NCBI RefSeq assembly: GCF_001194135.2 | Contig: NC_068985.1 | Coordinates: 62,800,673 to 62,862,603 of the forward strand | DNA: 61,931 bases | Reading direction: 5' to 3' | DNA from: Octopus bimaculoides | Lineage: Eukaryota | In this document: positions 1 through 11,280 of the stretch, piece after piece | Layout: each line of letters begins with the position of its first letter | Position numbering within the stretch: position 1 is the stretch's first letter | The notes under the pieces: generated by a model | What the model saw: only the letters and a program-made list of their open reading frames with translations | Told to the model about the DNA's origin: nothing | Databases searched by the model: none | Position numbers and translations under genes: made by a program

Positions 1-399
1 TGAAATAGCTTGTGGTGTGATGGAGGAAAAAAGACAAGAAGAAGCAAAAGGACAGAATGAAACGTTGGACCTTACCTTGTCGACCACAGCGGAGTACACG
101 ATCGCTCCTGATCAGAACATGTCTTCCTCGTAACCTCTCTCTTTTCTGACTCCCCCCACGTGCTAGTCTTCGACCGCGTGTCGCCGACTTCCTGTCTGAC
201 CCTTCCGGTCTGGCTTCACTTCTGTTTGCCTCACCTCTCTCCACCACAACACACAGCTCATCACAGCCCATAACACCACAACAACAAACTGGCATTCAAG
301 CACCCAACAACACACAAAAAATCAACAACATCACATATAGCAGACTCAAAGCTATCATTAAACACTTGTTGGACAAACATCTGTGAAAGAAAACTCTTG

Positions 400-1160
400 A
401 ACAAGATTAAAGTGCAACAACATCACAAAAAGCAGCATACTCCTCACTTTCTATCACCTCACAAAAGGCACACAAACTAGGGCCACATTTAAAAATTAGA
501 CCCGTTGCTTCCAATATTAAGGGACCCTTCTCAAAATCTCTTGGCTTCTGTCTAATATCCTGAAGCCACTTCAAATCTAGCCAGAACATGTTGAAAACTC
601 CACATCAACACACTGAGAGATTTCAATCCATCCATACTTAGGAAAAATAAATACCTTTTAGCTTGGACATTGTTTCCCTATATACCTCTGTTCCTTCAAC
701 CCAGCTATCAACTTACTGAACACATTTCCTCTTCTCATAGCCTTAACTGCTTTGGGCTCACAGCTCCTGATATCCATGAATTGTTTACTATTATGAACAA
801 CACCGTCCAGTTTGAGGATTCCATTTACAATTATATTTTTGGACTGCTGATGTGGAGGTGGTCCAAGCTTTTCAAGCCCATTAACCATCAATATGCATGA
901 ACCAGTTAGAATGCTGGGCACTTAACAGCTGTCACTCTTGTGCCTTTTTTGCCAGGTGTGTGAATGACGTCTTGTGAGGAAGCTGTTAAATTACACAATA
1001 TATTCAATAATATTGATGAATGTATAAAATTTGAAATGGAGCACTCCAATAACACTACTTCTATATCTTTGCTTGATTTTGAACTAAAAATCACAGATTG
1101 CTTCCATCTCCACTGAAAAGTGGCAAAACACCACCATATGTACATTGCCCAACTGCTCAA
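400..1160 (+). mobile_element. Decayed Penelope-like element (PLE) RT fragment
   Basis: Broken + frames give PLE RT motifs: IRPVASNIKGP..KISWLLSNILKPL, SLDIVSLYTSVP, NNTVQFEDSIYNYIFGLLM; frameshifts and stops. Confidence 0.8.
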
Positions 1161-1407
1161 TCAAGGAGATTGGTTTCAGAGTTGATATGCATTTTAGTTA
1201 AGCTGTTCTGTAGAAGTTAGTTTTTATATCAAGCTTTAGTTTGTCATTAAATTGCTGACCTAAAATGAATTCTGAACCAAAATTTAGTAGATGGGAACTT
1301 AAGAATAAAAGAAGCTATTTTAATTAATGAAACAAATCTTCACGCACGCACGCACACACACACACTACAAAACAGAAAAGTCAGCTAACAATAGCTTTTC
1401 TCCAAAG

Positions 1408-1447
1408 ATTTCCTGAAGAAGGGGTCCTAACCTAAAAATATTGAAAT
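1408..1447 (+). ncRNA. Degenerate minimal type I hammerhead ribozyme relic
   Basis: atttc-CTGAAGA-agg..cct-(a)AAA-tatt-gaaat; helix I atttc/gaaat pairs, G12 appears mutated to A; lies downstream of a PLE remnant. Confidence 0.35.
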
Positions 1448-2332
1448 ACCAGTTGTATAACTTGCATTGTTTTGGTTAAAAATAAAACATATCTCAGACA
1501 ATAGCTCATGCAATCTATGCTACTCTATTCTCTGCATGTACATATGTGTATTTATATGTATACAATGGGGTTTCTTTCAGTTTCCATCGATCAAATCCAC
1601 TCAAAAGTCTTTGGTTGGCCCAGGGTTAGTAGAAGACACTTTTCCAAGTGCCACACAGTAGGGCTGTATCTAACTATGTGGCAAACTTCTTACCACACAG
1701 CCATGCCTGCATTTGATATAACAATTTTTCCATGTGACTCAGTCTAATCTCATCTGTGCAGCTCTGTACTGATTCAGTCTCACTGCTTTTTTCCTAAATA
1801 TTATCAGGCTTGACTTTGTCTTGTATATCCTTCACTAATATTATGTGACATTTCTTATGCTTGAATATTTCATTTACATCGGTTGAGCATTTTCTCAACC
1901 CCTTTGCACACAAGCCGTTGTATTTCTATTACACAGCCATTAAATCTTCTCCAATTATTTTCCTAGTTTTTCCATAGTCTAAACACTGTTATCTATTTTC
2001 ATTATTAATTAGATCTTGTTTATTAAATAACTTTGACCCAACCAAACATTTCTTAATCTTCTTTCTCCTCTTCCACTGTATTGAATGTGTTCCTGGAATT
2101 GTATGTCCTTATTATTCTGTATTCTCTTAGGAGGTAGCCAGTTGACAGAACATCCACTTTATTTCATGATCTGCATAGTAACATTTGCCATGGCTCTAGT
2201 TTTATCTTTTCCATTAGGATTTTTTGTCCTTTTTGCAATTTTGAAATGTTTGTAGCAAGCTTTAATGATTTAGAAAACTATGTTTAATGATAACTTACCA
2301 TATTTTTGTATAGAAAAAAATCATTGTGATGA

Positions 2333-2572
<240 letters not shown>

Positions 2573-2689
2573 TAATAGATATAACTACATTTCATTTTAG
2601 ATATTTTTTTAAAAGATTTGGTTTCTTAGAGTAAATTCTATTTCTGTATAAACTCTTTTAAATTGTATTGATTTAATTTTATTTTTTAG

Positions 2690-2788
2690 TATGACCCAAA
2701 CCAGCCACAACGAATAAGTAATTCTCAAAACAGAGATTCTAACCCTAGTCTTGCCCATATATTCACACCTACTTCATTTAATCCGAAG
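2690..2788 (+). CDS. crk: Crk adaptor, internal exon (SH3-SH3 linker)
   Basis: ttttttag|TAT..AAG|gtaagc, 99 bp phase 0-0, open: YDPNQPQRISNSQNRDSNPSLAHIFTPTSFNPK. Confidence 0.85.
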
Positions 2789-3019
2789 GTAAGCTTACAG
2801 TGTTTTGTTTTGTTGTAGAAATTTCGATTTTTCCCCACCGATCAATGCTTTATTAGCTTCACGTTTGTCATTACTTTTGTCATTATAGAAGCTGTATTTT
2901 TAAAGTTGTTAGCCGAACTAATGTACATGTCAGGAGTTGCCTCCCTTAATTCCTAGTACTTAACATGTGTTTCCCTGTTGTATTCAGTTCCAAGCCACAT
3001 AAAATTTCCTGCTCAGTAT

Positions 3020-3190
3020 AAACCCTAACCCGAAAGCTAACAGGAAACTGATATCTGACTTTTACAAGAAAACCTATCGTGCTTACTTTCACGTCAAGGT
3101 TGGTGATCAGGCCCCTCACATTGTTTACCCGACATGTTTAGAACACATGAGACAGTAGACTTCAGGTACCCAAAAATTGCTGAGATTCAC
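3020..3190 (+). mobile_element. Chapaev3-like DNA transposase N-terminal fragment (intronic)
   Basis: ISDFYKKTYRAYFHVKVGDQAPHIVYPTCLEHMRQ*TSG resembles the remembered YFGVKLGDQDKSWAPHKVCKTCVEHLRQWTNG motif. Confidence 0.55.
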
Positions 3191-3399
3191 ACAAAACGAT
3201 CCGTCATTGACTGGTTTTGTTTTTTTCTACTTTCAAATGGGAAAAAAAAAATAACTGTTAACTCTAGGTATTCTTATTTTATATGTAAATATTTATTTTA
3301 AATTAAGTTTCGCTGATACCAATTCCTTATCCTTTTCCATTATTCTCTTCAACATCTGTGCCAGTACCTTTAAAATTCAAATTATTACTAAACAGTAGT

Positions 3400-3636
3400 G
3401 AACTTATATGGAGGTGACGTCTCATTTTGCCAAACAACTTGGTTACAGGGATGTAAACAACCAGCACCAGTTGTCAAGACATGCAAACAAACATGCACAC
3501 AAAAATGCCACTCACAAGGTTTTGGTCAGCTTGGGGCTATAGTGGATGACACTTGCCCAAGGTGCTGTGCAGTGGGACTGAATCTGGAACCATGTGGTTA
3601 TGAAGTAAACCTCTTACCCTACAGCCATGCCTGTAC
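3400..3636 (-). mobile_element. tRNA-derived SINE with CORE-like CTTGGGCAAGT motif
   Basis: Reverse complement has a tRNA-like head (ggcatggctgtagggtaag..ggttccagattcagtccc) then CACCTTGGGCAAGTG; related copy at ~47930-48090 (+). Confidence 0.75.
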
Positions 3637-3664
3637 CTCTTATTGTAAATTCTATCTATTTCAG

Positions 3665-3742
3665 GTAAAATTACCAGCTCAAGCTAAAGTAAAACAACAG
3701 AGGATACCAAATATATATGATAAAACACAGCTAAAACTTGAG
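3665..3742 (+). CDS. crk: Crk adaptor, internal exon (start of C-terminal SH3)
   Basis: tttcag|GTA..GAG|gtatgg, 78 bp; VKLPAQAKVKQQRIPNIYDKTQLKLE resembles Crk [20 protein letters not shown]. Confidence 0.93.
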
Positions 3743-4174
3743 GTATGGTTTTTACTTCATCAGGCAAAGATACTCCTTTTCCCAATTTGTTCAGAAATAG
3801 TAAGACCAAAATCTCTAATAAGTATAAGCATGATTGCAAGGCTTACTTTTAATGTTTGTGTAAAACTATCTGATGTGATAGATTTCTCTTATAACACTGG
3901 TGGTTGTGGATCAGTAAACATTCTGATAATATTTGTGTTTTCTCATCAACATTTGAATCTGTCTGTTTCTTACTTCCCTCTTTGTTCTGTCCATCACTTC
4001 AGTCTTGTAAGTATGAGCCTGCAGAAAAACAAAATGTATATTTAAAATATTGCTCTCTCATTTCTAATCTATATATCAGTTCTGAAAAGTCAAATAAAAC
4101 CTTAAAGAACTTAGAGAATGAATTCTTTCTAGAACTTTTCATTCGGCTTCAACTATTTCTTACGTGTTTTTACC

Positions 4175-4540
4175 CTGCCACAATTGTGGAGGGTACCAGT
4201 GGAAATGGTAGACCCAGGAAAACATGGTACAAAGGATTTTTGGATGCTGGACCTCACTGAAGGAATGACAAGGGACTGGGAGATGTGGCGATTTGCTGTA
4301 CTTGATAAGACACGTCAAGCTAAGTAAAATCACTGTCTTCCACATACACAGGCATGTCTTTTCAGATGCTGGTGGCATTTAAAAAGCATATGTGCACCCA
4401 GCACACTCTGTTAAGTGGTTGACATTAGGAAGGGCATTCAGCCATAGAAACTGTGCCACAACAGATAATTGAAGTCTGGACAGCTCCCTGCTAGCCAGCT
4501 CCATGTCAGCATGGAGAGTGGACATTAAACGATGATGATG
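4175..4540 (+). mobile_element. RTE LINE 3' end with (GAT)n tail
   Basis: VEGTSGNGRPRKTW..EKTRQAK* C-terminus, then the shared 3' UTR ending acattaaacgatgatgatg. Confidence 0.85.
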
Positions 4541-4739
4541 AATTTCTTCTTTCTTTTCTCTAGTCCTGACATCAAATGTACTCTTGTCTGTTTTATCTCT
4601 GGTAAAACTCAAACTTTTTCAAATTTGTCATCCAAAATAAATTGGCATTTATGTTGAAATATGCATGTCGGTATCAAAAAAACAAATCTGCAGAAAAAAC
4701 AAATTGGATATTGGATTGTCCAAGTAAAGTGATGAATGA

Positions 4740-4947
4740 CACTCTTGACATTGTGTGATGGTTGTAAATGAGCATCACTGTTATATAAGCAATGTCATTC
4801 CTTTTTAGCCATGGGGGAAACATTACCTTGCTTGGGAATAGGCAAAGGGTTGGTAACAGGAAAGACATCCAGCTCTAGAAAATCTGTTTCATTGAATTCT
4901 GTCTGACCCATGGCAGCATGGGAAAGTGGACATTAAAATGATAATGA
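4740..4947 (+). mobile_element. SINE with RTE-derived tail
   Basis: Ends catgggaaagtggacattaaaatgataatga like RTE tails; related copy near 48120-48300. Confidence 0.65.
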
Positions 4948-5121
4948 AACAATTCTCACTCCAAGATGTTCAATTTAAATCTCTGACTTATGGTTAATTA
5001 CCTTGTATTCAATAAAAGATGGGGTTCATTTCTGTCCAACTTGATATTTTAACATTATAATATAGGATTTAAATTACAAAATTATGTGGCTAATTTCTTG
5101 TGCTTTTCTTTTCTTTAATAG

Positions 5122-5292
<171 letters not shown>

Positions 5293-7992
5293 ATTGTGTA
5301 TATATAAAAACCAGCTTGAATAGACCTTGCATCATGGGACAATTCTATTTCCAAATACAGAAAGGCCAAAGCAAGAATTTTGCCCCAAAACTAATATCTC
5401 TATTTGGCACCCGAACTGAATGTAAGTTGTGTGTGTGTATGTGTATGTATGTATGTGCACATGTGTGTGTACTTCCCAGAATAAGATGATTTTATATTGC
5501 TATTCTTACATGCCAACAAATGATACACAGTTTATTTGTTGCAACCCCCTTGGTTGCAATCATCAGATTTATAATCTGATTCTCTTTTGTTTTTTTCTCT
5601 CAACATTCATTATACAACTTTATTACATCACCTTCACTAATCACTTCCTCCCTCTGCGTTCTCTCTTATTATACACACAAATCTTTCCTCAGGTAACATT
5701 GCTGAAGCTTTTCACTTGAGTTGAGTGTGTAGTTGTTTTGTCAACTATATTCTCTTTTATTCTGTTTTATAATGTTAACAAGGCTTAAGGGATTTTCCTC
5801 CTTGGTCAGTAATTGACTTCGGGTAAAAATATTTGACAAACCTGACACATGTACTTACTTTATGAAACATTAAGATTTCATCTCTGTTTCCTCTTCTTGA
5901 AGATCCTTTTTATTTATTTATTATTTCCATTTTAGCCAAAATTGTGAATTAATTGTATGATATGAGAGGAAAAAGAAAGTGCACTAAGCATATGTAGTGC
6001 TGCTGTCATTTACAGTCAGGTATGCTAGCATCCAAAAATATTTGGAAGTTATCTATCCCTCCACTAAAACACTCTCTTTTACTTTTTCATTAACCTAAAT
6101 ATATTGAGAAATGATAATTCTTTGCATTGTTCACACAGCTGTTTTTATAAACTTTTTCTTATTTGCTGGATGACGAGGAGCAGGAAGAGAATATTTTAAC
6201 TGTCATTAATATTTCAAAATATATTAAAACTGATTTTTCAATAGAGTTGGAAGGAGTTTTTACCTCCACTTCATATCTTCTCAACAATTACAGTTTGTTG
6301 AAAAGTCTTTGGCAGCTAATATCTAATTAACTTCAAAATTTTTCTAAAAAAAGAATGTTAGTTGAACACTTTAAACAGAAAACTAAAACTAAAACCCTTT
6401 TGTCACTTTTGTTTTTTCTTTTACTATTGTTAAGCAATGTCAGAAAACCCTCCAAAGTGAACAGATTATTTCCAGATACTGTCCACTTAGTCCATTAACT
6501 CCATAGAATTGTTGCAAACATTAGTTCTTACCAATGCCTTGTTAGTGTTTGCAGGAAAATATACCTCTTTCTACTGATTGTTATGGAAAATTAACAGTAC
6601 AATCATTATCTAATATTTTATGCCATACCAAAAAAAGAAAAAGAAAAAATGGTTACATTGCTGTCTTTTAGTTATAAAGTGCCTTGTTTTCACCTTTACA
6701 TTGTCTCTCTCTCTCTCTCCTAAGTAGTTATTATTTCATGATGTTCTGTGACTGTCCTTCTCATAGTCTTTCCACATTCTCTAAGCAAACGTCAAAAGTT
6801 AGTTCAAAGGAAGATAACTACAATATTCAGTAGACTAATTTACATCTAGAATAATTTGTTTTAGATTCTCAACTTTGACATTTACATCTTTTCTCAAATA
6901 TTTTTCGGTTCATGTCATTAATGTTGCTAGTCCAAACCAGTTCAGTTTTTGAGGTTAAAATAAATATGATACATGAGACTACTTCTGAATAATTTCCCCT
7001 CAAAACATTGACACGTTGTTATTGATGAGGCATTGAAACCACACAATGACATCATGTATCAGAATAATTATATAATTACTGCTTAATACATAGCTTTGCT
7101 TCTTCCTTTTACCATATAACTTATCTTTGCGAAGATTACTCTATCCAGTTATAAATCTTTTATTAACTTGCTTCCAATCTAGTCACCACACCTATTATAT
7201 TGTGCCTGGAAGCAAATCTCTGTGTTTTTTCCCCATGTATAGCTATTACATCTGCCTTTTCTAATTCTCTGATGTATCAGCATTCAAGTGCAAGATCAAA
7301 TAAGCTGGCTCTTCATCTTGTAATAAAGCAGCCTTGCATTGTGAATTTGAATTTTTTTTCCAATGTGGTGCTATATTGGGAGGAAAACATGATTGCAATG
7401 AAGAGAAATTGTTAATATGTACTTTGTAAATTAAGGTTTTGTTGATGTTTTTGTACATATTTAATTTTGTAAAATTATAGTGTGTGTGTGTGTATGTGGG
7501 CATTTTTTTTTTCTTTGAAAAGCAAAAAAGAAATTAATCCTTTTTAAAATGATTTTCTAAACGAATCAGCATTTGTATATGTGTATATATGAGTTTATGT
7601 GCACATTATGTATGTGTATACATGTATCAATACATACATGTTATATGCATATAGATATACCCATGCATACAGCATGTATGCATGGATATGTGTGGATGTG
7701 TGTGCATGTGTGTATATATATATATATTACACATACACACAAACATACCCATGTATATATTGTGTTGTATGTCATATATATATAGTTAAGAACATAATTC
7801 CTTTGTTTGTACAAAGTATTGACTTTATGCCTTGTTTTTAATGTACCAGCTCTGCCAAATCTTGAATATGTCTTAATATTTACTTTTATAATAATTTTAA
7901 GAAAAACCAAACAAAACAAAAATAAAAAAAAATACCTGTAAGATAAAACTTAGCTCTGCTGCAGTTTTGTGCTGTTGTAGTGGATAAATAAA
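5293..7992 (+). other. Putative long crk 3' UTR
   Basis: AT/U-rich with no recognisable SINE/LINE; AATAAA at 7921, 7987 and 8089; true end unknown. Confidence 0.4.
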
Positions 7993-9834
7993 GTGTGATA
8001 TTTCTTATCCAACACCTTATGAAATTTTAATGACACCTTACTCTTTCTACATAATTCAAATTATTTTTTATACTAAATCAACAAAATGAATAAAAAAATT
8101 AAAAAAAAGAAAGAAAACAGAGCAGAAACAAATTAATGGTGATAATTGAATTTTTGGATAACGAGATGTTTTGTCATTTAGTTATCTGTAGAATTATGTA
8201 TATTTGAAAGATTTCTGTGAAATATCAACATGGCTAATGTAGCTTGGTGATTTAACACATGTCTATTAACTGGCTCTTACAAACATTTGAAGATGTTAAA
8301 ATATTCATATTGAATCCCAGGGCCTTGTATTCACAAAATCACCAGAGATTATTATTATTATTATAATTGGGTTTAGATACAATTCCAACATTATTTTGTC
8401 CAATTAAGTGGCTTTATGTTTTAGGGTTTTTTTTTTATTATTATTTTTTTTTTTGTAGAAGTTTCTGACCTTCTCCTTTGTTACTGCTTATTCTTCATCA
8501 TTTAGCACTAAATATATTTGTACAATGATTTGTGAAAGATCCAATCTTAAATGTTTATTATGATTAACAAGTTTACTTGATTCATATTTGAATGTTTTAC
8601 ACTTTGTGCAATGCTGTAATATCACAAATATATGGTTGAATAAATTCTTATAATTTAATATATATTTAAATATTACAGAAAATATGCCATCAAAAGTGTA
8701 CTGTTTATTCAAGATTTTAAGTACCAATTTTCAACTTTATGAAAAAAATTCTTCACTATATATATATATATTCTAAATCACAGACTTGTTATTGCTCTCA
8801 GTCAAGAATTATTTATTAGTGTTTCTGACTAATGAGAAGTAAAAATATCACAAATTCACTCAGTTGCTTTTTTTTTTTTTTTTTTTTTTTTTTGAATGGC
8901 AATTTCCAATTTTAAACATGTGTTACTGCTATTTAAATTTTGGTTGTTTTTCCCTCCTTTGATAATCCATGAACCATTGTATTTGATACATTGTTATAAT
9001 TACAGACACTGCCCTTCTTACCTGCTGAGTACCACATAATTTTTTCTGGCTATCTGACCCATCACAATGTATATGTTATTTTAAATGCATTGCTCCTCCT
9101 TTATTTCTTCACTCAAACAAGGGTCATACCACAAGTCCTTGATTTTCAAACAAACTGTGACAATAACTCAGTTCTTGAATGCCAAACTACAAACAAGTCG
9201 TTTTGGTGATTTATACTGCCACTGTTGAACCCTTTCATATAAGATATATTACTGTTGGTTTTTTTTTTTATCTGTTAAAGTAGTAGTGGAAATATTGGAT
9301 TGATGCAATGTTTAGTTTCATCTTTTGGTATTTCGAGTTCAAATTTTGCCTTCCATCCCTTTGAGTTTGAGGTATATACAGGAGTCGACCAACTATAGCA
9401 CCTGTGGACTTATGCCAGTCTAAGAACTCTTTATTATACATGTGGATGTAGCTGTTCTCAGCAAACACACTCAGTAACCTGAAACCTTTTAAAAATCACT
9501 TTTATATATGTCACCTGTGCCGTTAGGAAAGAAATGAACTTCACAAACACTTTACACTGTCCTTATTATTTAGATCCAGGACTGCTCTCATTCAACAAAC
9601 CTATAAACGAAGGCACTTTGGCCATAGCCAGCCCATCTATTTTACAAACATTGTGTATTTCGAATTCCATTATTCAATATATTACAATAGGAGTATGACT
9701 TGAGGGAGATTTGGCTGCTATTTCTAGCAGGTTGGGCAGTTGCACAAAGGCTTCCCTTGTTTGCTTGATAAATCTCATCTATCATGCCCATGTAGCCAAA
9801 AGAAGAAAAAAACAAATATCATAAATATTACCAA

Positions 9835-10030
9835 TTTTATACCAGTATCAACTTAAACTGTCCTTCTCAGGTCGATAAAAAGTTAGGACCAGTCAGATAT
9901 TTATATTCAATATAATTGACTGTCCTCCCCCTAAAAAATAAGGACCAGTCAGGTATTTATACTCAAAATAATTTACTATTACCCCCACCCCACCCCCTCA
10001 CTCCCAATCTTTGTGGGCAATGTTAGAAAT
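9835..10030 (+). mobile_element. Degenerate SINE (Meta-like central domain, GTCGATAAAA motif)
   Basis: tccttctcaggtcgataaaaagttaggaccag resembles catcctttc..gtcgataaaataagtaccag in the copies at 20058, 29420 and 41232. Confidence 0.5.
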
Positions 10031-10219
10031 TGCTATTTGTTTTATAATCGCATCAACCTGTGGACCGGAATTTTTACAAATAATTTATGATTTTTTTTTT
10101 GAGTTCTGTAGGAAATATTAAAGATGAAAAAAAAATTTTAAATAGTATACTATTTTTTTCTATTAAAAGAAACCTAATGGGTTTTGCTAAATAATTGTTT
10201 CCAACTTACCCACTCTCAT

Positions 10220-10250
<31 letters not shown>

Positions 10251-10439
10251 GAGATTTTGGGCTATCGGTTAAAAATTCAAGTTTCTATTGAAATAAAACA
10301 AATTTAACAAAAATGAAACATGTTAATCTTGTTTTTTCAAGTATTTCAATCTTTGTCATTTCAGCTTCGCAAAAAGTTGATTACAGATTATTACAGAATA
10401 TATATATAAAGTCTAAAGAGATGTAGGAGAAAGCTGACA

Positions 10440-11280
10440 CTCTATAGGTCAGAGGCAATGGTGTTTAAGATCAAGGACAGACATACAGTTACAAAGGTGA
10501 GATGGAAAAGGCATGCTAAACCTTCTACATCAACCTTTTTTAAATCATCAGTGAAGATTGATCCTTTATAGTTGCAAATGTTGGAAGAAGTGCCACTTAT
10601 TCTGGTCCTTGAAATTGAAAATGCCCTCAAGCTGATGAAAGCAGAAACAAAGTTCCCAGAAAAGATGACATAAGAAGAGATGTTATGGTGTGGATGTGAT
10701 GAGCTGTGGAAAAATCCTCATTCTATTCTTTGATCACTATCTGAAGGAGAGTAAAATACCTACACAAGTAAAGACTCAAATAGCATCTTGCTTCATAAGA
10801 AGGGTGATAAAGAACACTATTGAAACTTTGCCCCATATACCTCTTGTCACACTGCTATTAGCTGTTTACAAAAGTCATAGTCACCAAACTATTGAAGTAT
10901 ATCAACCAACAGTTGAGGAAGGAAGCAGATTTACAAAATAATTACAGTATGATTGATGACACATTCACTCTAACACAGTTTATAGAACACATGAAAGAAT
11001 ACAAGCTGCCTCTGCATTGCTTTTGTCAACTTTGAAAATACCTTCCATAACATCAGAATGAAGGTAGTACTGAAATTTCTGGAAATGCTAGATGTCAAAG
11101 TGCAACACACTGCTCATGGGTGCACCACTGATATAACTTTACTATGGCCACTGGTAAGAGTTTCAGCTGAAAAGGGCATCAAACAAGGAGATGCCTTCTC
11201 TCTAAAACTCTTTATTCCCTGTCTAGAAGTGGTCAGCAGCAACACTGACTGGACATGATGTGAACATCAATGGGAAACTT
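10440..11280 (+). mobile_element. Old RTE-type LINE RT fragment (distinct family)
   Basis: Frameshifted FYINLFKSS, FFDHYLKESKIPT, LHKKGDKE, FTLTQFIEHMKEYKLPL, GIKQGDAFSLKLF. Confidence 0.7.

Noticed and set aside
3398-4045. 215-aa ORF
   Set aside because: Chance read-through of an antisense SINE, the real crk exon (3665-3742) and intron sequence.
10040-10400. Possible MITE
   Set aside because: Terminal similarity is limited to about 6 bp (atcaac/gttgat), too weak to call.
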